NCBI GenBank assembly: GCA_003141895.1 | Contig: PLNT01000040.1 | Coordinates: forward strand, 80,266-144,265 | Length of the DNA: 64,000 nucleotides | Origin: Bacteroidales bacterium | GTDB lineage: Bacteria; Bacteroidota; Bacteroidia; Bacteroidales; VadinHA17 | Direction of reading: 5' to 3' | Shown: positions 39,747-48,216 of the stretch, in pieces | Layout of the letters: each line of letters begins with the position of its first letter | Numbering within the stretch: the stretch's first letter is position 1 | Program-made: the position numbers and the translations under genes | Notes under the pieces: generated by a model | Databases searched by the model: none | The model's input: the letters and a program-made list of their open reading frames with translations, nothing else | Told to the model about the DNA's origin: nothing

Positions 39747-40286
39747 ATGTACGCAATCGTAGAAATTGCAGGTCAGCAATTTAAAGTGGAACACGGTAAA
39801 AAAATTTTTGTTCACCGGCTGGAACATGAAGAGGGCAAAGAAGTAGAGTTTGATAAAGTTCTTTTAATCGAGGATGACGGTAAAATTACTATAGGAACTC
39901 CTACAATCAAAGATGCAGTTATCGGTGCGAGAGTTCTCGACAAGGTAAGAGGTGATAAAGTAATTGTATTCAAGAAGAAAAGGAAAAAAGGATACCGGGT
40001 AAAAAATGGTCATCGTCAGAACTTTACCGAGATTGAAATCATTAGCATAAACGGTGTAAAATCACCTGTAAGAAAAGCTTCGAAAAAAGCAGAATTACCT
40101 GAGACTGAAGTTGTAGTTGTTGAAGAAACTGTAAAAGCAAAGAAAACTTCGAAGAAAGCAGCTGTAAAAAAAGAGGAAGCACCGGTAAAAAAAGCGTCAA
40201 CAAAAAAAGTTTCTGAGAAAAAACCAGCCGAGAAAAAACCAGCTGTAAAAAAACCCGCTGCAAAGAAAACAGCAAAAGGCAAATAA
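39747..40286 (+). CDS. rplU: 50S ribosomal protein L21 with Lys/Ala/Pro-rich C-terminal extension
   Basis: MYAIVEIAGQQFKV, KKKRKKGY...GHRQ; about 75-aa tail with KKPA repeats. Confidence 0.96.
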   Translation: MYAIVEIAGQQFKVEHGKKIFVHRLEHEEGKEVEFDKVLLIEDDGKITIGTPTIKDAVIGARVLDKVRGDKVIVFKKKRKKGYRVKNGHRQNFTEIEIISINGVKSPVRKASKKAELPETEVVVVEETVKAKKTSKKAAVKKEEAPVKKASTKKVSEKKPAEKKPAVKKPAAKKTAKGK

Positions 40287-40323
40287 CTAATTGAAAATAT
40301 AAGCAAATAAAAAATATAGAATT

Positions 40324-40584
40324 ATGGCACACAAGAAAGGAGCAGGTAGTTCACGTAACGGTCGCGACTCGGAAAGTAAACGATTGGGAGTGAAGCTCTT
40401 TGGCGGTCAGGTAGCCAAAGCAGGAAACATCATCGTTCGCCAGAGAGGAACAAAACATAATCCGGGCCTCAATGTTGGACTGGGAAAAGATCATACTCTT
40501 TTTGCACTCACCGATGGTGAGGTTGAGTTCAGGAGAAAGAAAGATAATAAGACCTATGTATCGGTAAAACCGGTTACTGAATAA
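40324..40584 (+). CDS. rpmA: 50S ribosomal protein L27
   Basis: [16 protein letters not shown]...RLGVK. Confidence 0.98.
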   Translation: MAHKKGAGSSRNGRDSESKRLGVKLFGGQVAKAGNIIVRQRGTKHNPGLNVGLGKDHTLFALTDGEVEFRRKKDNKTYVSVKPVTE

Positions 40585-40607
40585 GGAATTATCTGAGAAA
40601 AGATTTG

Positions 40608-40692
40608 AACTCCCGAAATTCTTTCTATTGCAGGAAAGCATTATCGGGAGTTTTTGATAATTTTACGGCAGGCGACATCGTCTGCTTTTTTT
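40608..40692 (+). terminator. Two terminator-like hairpins between rpmA and serS
   Basis: AACTCCCGA...TCGGGAGTT-TTT (40608-40655) and GGCAGGCG-acat-CGTCTGCT-TTTTTT (40667-40692). Confidence 0.6.
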
Positions 40693-40710
40693 ATTAATCC
40701 ATTTTTGAAT

Positions 40711-41985
40711 ATGTTAGCAATAAATCTTATTCGGGAAAAGAAAGAATTTATTATAGAAAGGTTGAAAGTTAAGAATTTCGATGCTGAAGAAATAATTAAC
40801 AAAGTGCTTTTACTCGATTCTTCACGTCGCGAAATTCAATCAAAAACTGATATGATGCAGGGAGAGATGAACCTTATTTCAAAGGAAATTGGCTCTCTCA
40901 TAAAGGATGGAAAACGCGATGAAGCTGAAGCAGCAAAACAAAAAACCTACGGTTTAAAAGAAGAAATAAAGATTCTCTCCGAAAAGCTTATTCCAATAGA
41001 TAATGATTTAAAGTCAGAGATTCTCCGGTTACCGAATCTCCCTCACGAATCTGTACCATTGGGTCACGGTGCTGATGATAATATTGAAGTCAGGCACAGA
41101 GGTAATAAACCTCAGATTCCTGACAATTCTCTACCCCACTGGGATCTGATTAAAAAATACGATATCATCGATTTTGAACTCGGTATTAAACTTACGGGAG
41201 CTGGTTTTCCGGTATACAAGGGTAAAGGAGCAAAACTGCAGAGAGCACTGATCAGCTTTTTTCTTGACGAAGGAGAAAAAGCAGGATACCAGGAGGTTTT
41301 GCCTCCCATAATGGTTAATGAAGATTCAGGTTTTGGTACTGGTCAGCTACCCGATAAAGAAGGACAGATGTACCATGCAACCCTTGATAATTTCTATCTT
41401 GTCCCCACAGCAGAGGTGCCTGTTACAAATATTTACAGAGATGTAATACTGAACGCGGATATCCTACCGATTAAGAACATGGCCTATACTCCATGTTTCA
41501 GAAGAGAAGCAGGTTCATGGGGAGCTCATGTAAGAGGACTTAATCGTCTGCATCAGTTTGATAAGGTTGAGATAGTCCGGATCGCCCATCCCGATCATTC
41601 GTATGAATCTCTTGAAGAGATGGTTAAACATGTTGAAGGACTGGTTGTAAAACTTGATCTGCCGTACAGGATTCTAAGGCTTTGCGGCGGTGATATGTCA
41701 TTCACCTCTGCACTTACCTACGACTTCGAGGTATGGTCTGCAGCTCAGAAACGCTGGCTTGAGGTAAGCTCGGTTTCAAACTTTGAATCATTCCAGGCAA
41801 ACAGATTGAAATGCAGATTTAAGGAGAAAGGTGATAAACAGACACGTCTGGCTCATACTCTTAACGGAAGTGCACTGGCTCTGCCAAGAATTGTTGCAGC
41901 ATTACTTGAAAATAATCAGACTGAAGCAGGTATAAAAATCCCAAAAGTTCTGATTCCGTATACGGGTTTTGAAATGATAAGCTGA
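40711..41985 (+). CDS. serS: Seryl-tRNA synthetase (ATG at 40711)
   Basis: PTAEVP, FRREAG, RLHQFDKVE, EVSSVSN, HTLNGS. Confidence 0.97.
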   Translation: MLAINLIREKKEFIIERLKVKNFDAEEIINKVLLLDSSRREIQSKTDMMQGEMNLISKEIGSLIKDGKRDEAEAAKQKTYGLKEEIKILSEKLIPIDNDLKSEILRLPNLPHESVPLGHGADDNIEVRHRGNKPQIPDNSLPHWDLIKKYDIIDFELGIKLTGAGFPVYKGKGAKLQRALISFFLDEGEKAGYQEVLPPIMVNEDSGFGTGQLPDKEGQMYHATLDNFYLVPTAEVPVTNIYRDVILNADILPIKNMAYTPCFRREAGSWGAHVRGLNRLHQFDKVEIVRIAHPDHSYESLEEMVKHVEGLVVKLDLPYRILRLCGGDMSFTSALTYDFEVWSAAQKRWLEVSSVSNFESFQANRLKCRFKEKGDKQTRLAHTLNGSALALPRIVAALLENNQTEAGIKIPKVLIPYTGFEMIS

Positions 41986-41999
41986 CCTTCAAAAAAATT

Positions 42000-42156
42000 T
42001 AACCGCAAAACAAGCACCCCCTGCCGCTGCGCTCCCGATAGCTATCGGGATGTCCCCCTGAAGGGGGACAAATTCGGTATCATTAATGAATTAATTAAAA
42101 CACAGAGAATTAAGCCCCCTTTAGGGGGGCAGGGGGGCCAAAATTCTTTGTGGTTA
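42000..42156. repeat. Nested palindromic repeat cluster downstream of serS
   Basis: TAACCGCAAA/TTTGTGGTTA outer; CCCCCTGCC/GGCAGGGGG; TCCCGATAGCTATCGGGA; TGTCCCCCTGAAGGGGGACA; CCCCCTTTAGGGGG. Confidence 0.75.
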
Positions 42157-42192
42157 TTGGATTTTAACTTTTTCAAGAATCTCAATTAATAA

Positions 42193-43083
42193 ATGGAAAA
42201 AAATCGTCAATCATATATATATGCCGGATTAGCTATTTTGTTCTGGTCGACGGTTCCAACAGCCTTTAAAATAAGTCTGGCTGAAATAGACATTCTTCCA
42301 ATGCTCACTATTGCCTCCATTACCTCTTCATTGGTTTTGTTTATTATCGTATTAGCTGGGAAAAAATTCTATCTTATCCGTTTAACAACACGAAAGGAAC
42401 TTTTAAACTCGGCCATACTGGGCTTAATCAATCCGTTTCTCTATTACCTGATCCTGCTTAAAGCATATCAGTTACTTCCGGCTCAGGTGGCTCAGCCGCT
42501 TAATATGATCTGGCCTATTATCCTTGTTTTCCTTTCTGTTCCGATTCTCAGACAAAAAATTGAAAAGAAAAGTTTTATTGCACTCTTTGTCAGCTTTATC
42601 GGAGTCTATATTATTTCTTCGCAGGGAAAACTTTTTGAAAATGGGCATGCAGATATTAAAGGAGTACTTCTTGCTACCGGATCTTCACTTTTCTGGGCGT
42701 TCTATTTTATTCTGAATGTGAAAGATAAAAGAGATGAAGGAGTAAAACTTCTGCTTAATTTTATATTTGGTTCCATTTATCTTATTATTGCCTTAGCTAT
42801 TACCGGGAAATGGCATTTTGAACCTGGATTAAGTGGATTAGCTGGCTCAGTTTATATAGGTATATTTGAGATGGGAATAACGTTCTTTTTCTGGCTGAAA
42901 GCACTTCAAATGGCGTCAACAACAGCAAAAGTAAGTAACCTGGTCTATCTTGCTCCTTTTATTTCCTTGTTTTTTGTGCACTTTATTCTTCATGAACCCG
43001 TTTATTATACAACTCCTGTCGGATTAATATTTATTATTGCAGGAATCTTTGTTCAAACGAATCGATCAAAATTGATACTTTAA
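42193..43083 (+). CDS. DMT/EamA family transporter
   Basis: About 10 TM helices, two EamA-like halves. Confidence 0.85.
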   Translation: MEKNRQSYIYAGLAILFWSTVPTAFKISLAEIDILPMLTIASITSSLVLFIIVLAGKKFYLIRLTTRKELLNSAILGLINPFLYYLILLKAYQLLPAQVAQPLNMIWPIILVFLSVPILRQKIEKKSFIALFVSFIGVYIISSQGKLFENGHADIKGVLLATGSSLFWAFYFILNVKDKRDEGVKLLLNFIFGSIYLIIALAITGKWHFEPGLSGLAGSVYIGIFEMGITFFFWLKALQMASTTAKVSNLVYLAPFISLFFVHFILHEPVYYTTPVGLIFIIAGIFVQTNRSKLIL

Positions 43084-43116
43084 TTGTTATATGCATCAAC
43101 ATTATACATTCACAAA

Positions 43117-44418
43117 ATGAAAAAGTTAATCTTTCTTTTATTTATTTCAATAATAGGATTTAGTGCCTGTAAGAAGGACGTTTCACCGGCTACCAGCACT
43201 CCAACTCTTGATGAACAGGCCAGGGATACTTTATACGCTGCAATGAACCAATATTATTTCTGGTATAAGCTTATGCCTGTAGTTAATGTGAATGACTATA
43301 AAGATCCATATACACTACTTGAAGGAATGAGGTATAAGACTCTAGACAGGTGGAGCTTCGTCGAAACTTATGCTGAATATCAGGCTCAGAATACAGGAAG
43401 CTTTGTAGGACATGGAATCAGCATGGGACTTGATCCAAACAATAATGTAAGGATTGCCCAGATCTACAAAAACTCACCGCTTTATACTGTTGGAGTACGA
43501 CGGGGATGGATTGTTAAACAGCTTAATAGTACTGACCTGGCTCCAATCTTTATTGCCAACAATGGCACAGCTTATAACCAGCTTATTGGTCCGTCGACGG
43601 CAAACGTAACCAACACATTTCTATTTACGACTCCCAGAGGAAATGATACAACTATCGTTTCTGCAAAAGCAGCTTTTACACTTAATACTGTAATCGTTGC
43701 CGATATTCTTCACCTGACATCCGGATTAGCTGGTCACCTTGTTTTTGATCAGTTCATCCCGCCTTCAAACGCGGAATTGGCAACTGCATTTGCGTACTTT
43801 AGTCAGAATAATATAAAAGATATTATCGTCGATTTAAGATATAATGGCGGTGGCGATCTGAGCGTTCTTCAAAATATGGCAAGTTACCTGGCAGGGGCAG
43901 CAAAAGCCAATACGCCATTTCTTACACTTACATTCAATGATAAGAATGCACAATATAATCAGACATATAATTTCAACATAGTATCAACTCCTCTGAATCT
44001 CTCACGGGTTGTTGTAATCACCACGAGGGGAACTGCCTCTGCGAGCGAAGATTTTATCAATGGATTAAAACCCCTTCTTCCGGTAGTTACAATTGGTGAT
44101 ACAACAAACGGGAAACCTGTAGGAATGATAGGAATACAATTTAAAACCGACTATTTATTCTGGCCAATATCCTTCTCTCTCGTTAATTCTGCCGCACAGG
44201 GAGATTTTTATCAAGGCTTCGCTCCATTAAAAGAGGTTGCTGATGATATTACACATGACTGGATTGACAGAAACGAAGCATGCTTCAAAGAAGCAATTTA
44301 TTATCTGGAGCATGGCAATGTTTCTGCAAAAGGGTTATATGTCGGTGGCAAACCATCAACTGTAAAGTTTGATGAAGTTTCTAACAGGAATAATAACGCC
44401 TACATTTTACAGAGGTAA
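43117..44418 (+). CDS. S41 family peptidase lipoprotein with PDZ-like domain (ATG at 43117)
   Basis: Lipobox FSAC; DLRYNGGG, TASASE (Ser), GDTTNGK (Lys). Confidence 0.88.
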   Translation: MKKLIFLLFISIIGFSACKKDVSPATSTPTLDEQARDTLYAAMNQYYFWYKLMPVVNVNDYKDPYTLLEGMRYKTLDRWSFVETYAEYQAQNTGSFVGHGISMGLDPNNNVRIAQIYKNSPLYTVGVRRGWIVKQLNSTDLAPIFIANNGTAYNQLIGPSTANVTNTFLFTTPRGNDTTIVSAKAAFTLNTVIVADILHLTSGLAGHLVFDQFIPPSNAELATAFAYFSQNNIKDIIVDLRYNGGGDLSVLQNMASYLAGAAKANTPFLTLTFNDKNAQYNQTYNFNIVSTPLNLSRVVVITTRGTASASEDFINGLKPLLPVVTIGDTTNGKPVGMIGIQFKTDYLFWPISFSLVNSAAQGDFYQGFAPLKEVADDITHDWIDRNEACFKEAIYYLEHGNVSAKGLYVGGKPSTVKFDEVSNRNNNAYILQR

Positions 44419-44419
44419 A

Positions 44420-44568
44420 CCCATGGAGATTCCTCACTTCGTTCGGGATGACAATTCATGCGGTTCATAAAAGAGGAAGGGTTGGCGATTTGCTGAGCAA
44501 ATCGCCAACCCTTCCTCTTTTTTACTCCTCAAATGGCGTGTCATCCTGAGCGGTAGCGAAGGATCTCC
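44420..44568. repeat. About 150-bp structured MITE/REP-like repeat, copy 2
   Basis: Same termini and internal hairpin as 37129-37283. Confidence 0.9.
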
Positions 44569-44743
44569 TGAGGCATATCCTAAATTCGGTCATCTGAGTT
44601 TCCAGTGATTTTATGTGTCTAATAATTTGTGAGTTATAATATGTTGTCATTAGTAGTAAGCCTTATTTAAAGTATTACTTTACTTATTCATCTACAAACA
44701 ACTCATAATTTATGACGAGAATATTATTATCTTTCCTGTCAAA

Positions 44744-45319
44744 TTGCATCAATTGAAAATTAAACCTAAGGAGAGGATAATTCTGGGCATCGATCCAGGT
44801 ACCAGCATTACAGGATACGGAGTTATTAAAACAATTGGTACGGTTCCAGAATTAATAACTATCGGGTCAATTGATCTTTCGAAGTACGAGGATCATTATC
44901 TTAAATTAAAGCATATTTTTGAGAGGACTATTGGGATCATTGATGAATATCATCCCGATGAACTTGCTATTGAGGCTCCGTTTTATGGCAAAAATGTTCA
45001 GTCAATGCTAAAGCTTGGAAGAGCACAGGGGGCAGCTATTGCAGCTGCTCTCACGCGATCCTTGCCAATTTTCGAATATGCTCCCAGGAAGATAAAAATG
45101 TCAATCACGGGTCAGGGAGCTGCTTCAAAGGAACAGGTTGCTGCAATGCTCATGAATATTCTCAAATTCAATCTCACTGAAATAAAACTTGACGCAACAG
45201 ATGGTCTTGCGGCAGCTCTTTGCCATTTTTACCAGACCAATAATCCAATGCTGGAAAAATCATATAACAGCTGGAAAGATTTCATGAATAAAAATCCCAA
45301 AAGGGTGATAACCAAATAA
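44744..45319 (+). CDS. ruvC: Holliday junction resolvase RuvC
   Basis: ILGIDPG, AIEAPF, LGRAQG, DATDGLA. Confidence 0.95.
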   Translation: MHQLKIKPKERIILGIDPGTSITGYGVIKTIGTVPELITIGSIDLSKYEDHYLKLKHIFERTIGIIDEYHPDELAIEAPFYGKNVQSMLKLGRAQGAAIAAALTRSLPIFEYAPRKIKMSITGQGAASKEQVAAMLMNILKFNLTEIKLDATDGLAAALCHFYQTNNPMLEKSYNSWKDFMNKNPKRVITK

Positions 45320-45331
45320 GCAAAAAAGGAT

Positions 45332-46033
45332 CTAGATAGCTGCATATGCAAGGGCAACTACACTTACTTTTACATTCCCGATCTTAAGAAGCTCATTTGT
45401 GCATGCTTCAATAGTTGAACCCGTTGTTATAACATCATCTACAAGTAATATATGCTTGCCGGTAATTGTCCCCGGGTTTACTACCCTGAAAATTCCTTCA
45501 ACATTCGTCCATCTTTCATAACGCGATCTTTTTGTCTGAGTTGCTGAAACTGTTACTCTTATAAGAGATTGTATTTCAACTGGTAAAATAGCTGCCTCTC
45601 CTATTCCCATTGAAATCGATTCACTCTGATTAAAACCCCGCATTCGTTTTTTTGAAGGATGAAGCGGAACCGGAATTATCACATCGATATCGTTCATAAA
45701 GCCTGAAGCTTTTAGTGAAGTACCATATATTTTACCCATCTCATACCCTATCTCACGGATTCCCTTATACTTCATGTTATGAATAAGATTCCTGATCCGG
45801 CTTCCTTTATTATAATATGAAAAGGCAGCTGCTTTTTCTATCATACATCTTCCCCAGAAAAGCTGTGCTACCGGGTTATCCGGCTCATTATGGTAATTTG
45901 TACGTGGTATGACAACATAACATTCGGTACAAATAAGGTTTTCATTTCTCAAAAGATAATTTCCACAGGCATAGCATAGCCTGGGGAATAACAGGCTGAT
46001 AAAATCATCCCAGAAATCATAGATATAACTCAT
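45332..46033 (-). CDS. ComF family protein (zinc ribbon plus PRTase)
   Basis: CxxC...CxxC, PVPLH, RGFNQ, LLVDDVITTGST. Confidence 0.92.
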   Translation of the reverse strand: MSYIYDFWDDFISLLFPRLCYACGNYLLRNENLICTECYVVIPRTNYHNEPDNPVAQLFWGRCMIEKAAAFSYYNKGSRIRNLIHNMKYKGIREIGYEMGKIYGTSLKASGFMNDIDVIIPVPLHPSKKRMRGFNQSESISMGIGEAAILPVEIQSLIRVTVSATQTKRSRYERWTNVEGIFRVVNPGTITGKHILLVDDVITTGSTIEACTNELLKIGNVKVSVVALAYAAI

Positions 46034-46115
46034 GCAGCGAGCAGAATTACTCTATAAAGATATGAATCTATTTACAATGTCCAGACATTAACACACTGAA
46101 TAAACGAGTTTTTTC

Positions 46116-46167
46116 GCCCCCTACCTACCGGCAGGCAGGCTTTAGGGGAGATGTAGCGACAGAGGGG
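46116..46167. repeat. CCCC-TTTA-GGGG palindrome interrupted by CCTACCTACCGGCAGGCAGG palindrome
   Basis: GCCC[CCTACCTACCGGCAGGCAGG]CTTTAGGGGAGATGTAGCGACAGAGGGG. Confidence 0.6.
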
Positions 46168-46190
46168 TTTAACTTCCTAATGTGAAATAA

Positions 46191-46589
46191 TCAGAGAATG
46201 ATATTTTTGCTGATTTTTGCAGCAATTTCTTTAAATTCTTCAGGAGAGAATTTAAGCTTTTTGTTCCTGAAGTTAACATCATCCATAGTATCCATGGGAA
46301 TAAGATGTATATGGGCATGGGGAACCTCAAGTCCTAGTATAACAACTGCAATACGGTTGCAAGGATAGGCTCTTTTTATTGCGGATGCTATTTTCTTCGA
46401 AAAAAGCATCATTCCGCTCAGACTGACATCTTCAAGGTCAAATATGTAATCGGTCTCTTTTTTGGGAACCACCAGAGTATGACCTGTTTTTAACGGATTG
46501 ATATCAAGAAAAGCAAAATAATCTTCATTCTCGGCGATCTTATAGGACGGTATCTCCCCATTAATAATTTTTGAAAAGATGGTTGCCAT
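46191..46589 (-). CDS. HIT family nucleotide hydrolase
   Basis: TIFSKII, GHTLVVPK, HAHIH triad. Confidence 0.93.
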   Translation of the reverse strand: MATIFSKIINGEIPSYKIAENEDYFAFLDINPLKTGHTLVVPKKETDYIFDLEDVSLSGMMLFSKKIASAIKRAYPCNRIAVVILGLEVPHAHIHLIPMDTMDDVNFRNKKLKFSPEEFKEIAAKISKNIIL

Positions 46590-46596
46590 AATAGTA

Positions 46597-47070
46597 TTAA
46601 ATTGAAATAGAGATTATTTCAAACGGAATAGTTCCGGAAGGGACTTTTATCTTAACAATGTCTCCGACCTTTTTCCCAATAAGACCCTGAGCAATTGGTG
46701 AACTAACTGCTATTTTACCCAGTTTAAAATTTGCTTCGCTTTCAGGAACAATCAGATATTCCATTATGGAATTATTTGTTTGATTTTTTATTTTAACTCT
46801 GTTTAGTAATCTGACAGTTGATATATCAATTTTTGATTCATCAAGAATACGTGAACGGGTCACTATATCGTCAAGTTTTGATATCCGTAACTCAAGCATA
46901 CCCTGTGCCTCTTTGGCAGCAGCATACTCAGCATTTTCAGAAAGGTCTCCCTTATCCCTTGCATCTGCTATTTGCCGGGATATTGAAGGTCTCTCAACGT
47001 TTCTCAATTGGTCGAGTTCCTCTTTCAGCTTCTGAAGACCTTCTGCAGTTACATATATAACCTCTGACAT
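46597..47070 (-). CDS. greA: Transcription elongation factor GreA
   Basis: GDLSENAEY, SSPIAQGLIGK. Confidence 0.96.
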   Translation of the reverse strand: MSEVIYVTAEGLQKLKEELDQLRNVERPSISRQIADARDKGDLSENAEYAAAKEAQGMLELRISKLDDIVTRSRILDESKIDISTVRLLNRVKIKNQTNNSIMEYLIVPESEANFKLGKIAVSSPIAQGLIGKKVGDIVKIKVPSGTIPFEIISISI

Positions 47071-47084
47071 TTCTCTATTATATT

Positions 47085-47159
47085 AAAAAATAAGAAGAAT
47101 TCCGGGGTTGCCGGAACTCTTCAGGAACAAATGTATAAATTTTTTTAATTATTTACAAA
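47085..47159 (-). promoter_or_regulatory. greA promoter followed by a terminator-like leader hairpin
   Basis: Minus strand TTTG (47159-47156), 20 nt spacer, TACATTTG (47135-47128), then GAAGAGTTCCGG-caacc-CCGGAATTCTTC-TTATTTTTT. Confidence 0.65.
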
Positions 47160-47212
47160 TAAAAATCTTGTGATTAGAGTGTTGTACAAGTAATTATCAA
47201 CAAAATTGATCG

Positions 47213-47587
47213 TTAATCGTATTTTTTGCCGGCACGTTTTGTACTCGCTCTTACTTTCTTCTTATGGTTTTTGTCACGTGAGGTATATTCTATTTTATTT
47301 TGTTTCATACGAGTCTGTACCTCAGGTGTTTGAATATCAATAGACCGTTTCTGTGATTGTTTCACATTTTTATCATAATCCTTTTTGAGTTTACTGTCAT
47401 TCGCCTCCTGCTTTTTTTTAGCCTTGAGAACGGTTCTTGGCTCTTTCACTTTAGGTTCTTTCCTGTGACTTTTACCGAATAATTGTTTCTCAGGATTTTT
47501 GCGAAACAGCTGTGCATTCGCCGATCCTATCGCAATAAATAACATGAAAAGAATAATAAATATTCTTTTAAAAGATAAATTATTCAT
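47213..47587 (-). CDS. Hypothetical secreted, highly basic protein
   Basis: Signal peptide ending ANA-Q; Lys/Arg-rich mature part. Confidence 0.7.
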   Translation of the reverse strand: MNNLSFKRIFIILFMLFIAIGSANAQLFRKNPEKQLFGKSHRKEPKVKEPRTVLKAKKKQEANDSKLKKDYDKNVKQSQKRSIDIQTPEVQTRMKQNKIEYTSRDKNHKKKVRASTKRAGKKYD

Positions 47588-47668
47588 TCTCAGATATTAC
47601 AATAAATAATTTCCAATTCCGTTAAACTTCCGGACGTAATAGTAATTTTGCAGCATAATTAATTCCGG

Positions 47669-48145
47669 ATGTCATATAATTCAAAAATAGTATTTTTTTT
47701 CATAGCGGTAGCACTGACTATCAGCTTAGGTTCCTGTAACAAAAAGAACGATGTAATACCAAATACATACGTGAATTTCACTCTTGATTTGAATGATCCC
47801 GAGTTTGTTAATCTCGCCGCTTTCGGAGGTTCAGTTGCTGTTAACTCCAGCACTAATAACTGGGGCACAGGCGCTGCCGGATTTGACGGTAATGGCATTA
47901 TTATATGTTATGGGGTCGAAGAGTTTTATGCCTATGACCGTACCTGTCCACATGATTATGTTAATAATAGCCTGAGTGTCAAAGTAAATATCGATCCCGG
48001 AAATTCCACAATTGCCATATGCCCAAAATGCGGGACAAAATATGGATTAACTGTCGGAGGAACACCCGCTTCGGGTATCGGAAGATATCCGCTGAAAAAC
48101 TACAGGACAAGTTTCCAGGGAAATTATGTAATTGTCTGGGACTAG
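47669..48145 (+). CDS. Rieske-like ferredoxin-fold lipoprotein
   Basis: Lipobox LGSC; AYDRTCPH ... CPKCGTKY ... YPLKNY. Confidence 0.7.
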   Translation: MSYNSKIVFFFIAVALTISLGSCNKKNDVIPNTYVNFTLDLNDPEFVNLAAFGGSVAVNSSTNNWGTGAAGFDGNGIIICYGVEEFYAYDRTCPHDYVNNSLSVKVNIDPGNSTIAICPKCGTKYGLTVGGTPASGIGRYPLKNYRTSFQGNYVIVWD

Positions 48146-48151
48146 TAGAAA

Positions 48152-48213
48152 TTAAGGTTGAGGTTAAGGTTGAGGTTGAGAATTTCTTAACCTTAGCCTT
48201 AACCTTAACCTTA
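48152..48213. repeat. Inverted hexamer arrays (TRAGGT)n ... (TAACCT)n forming a long hairpin
   Basis: TTAAGGTTGAGGTTAAGGTTGAGGTTGAG-aatttct-TAACCTTAGCCTTAACCTTAACCTTA between convergent genes. Confidence 0.85.
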
Positions 48214-48216
48214 TCA

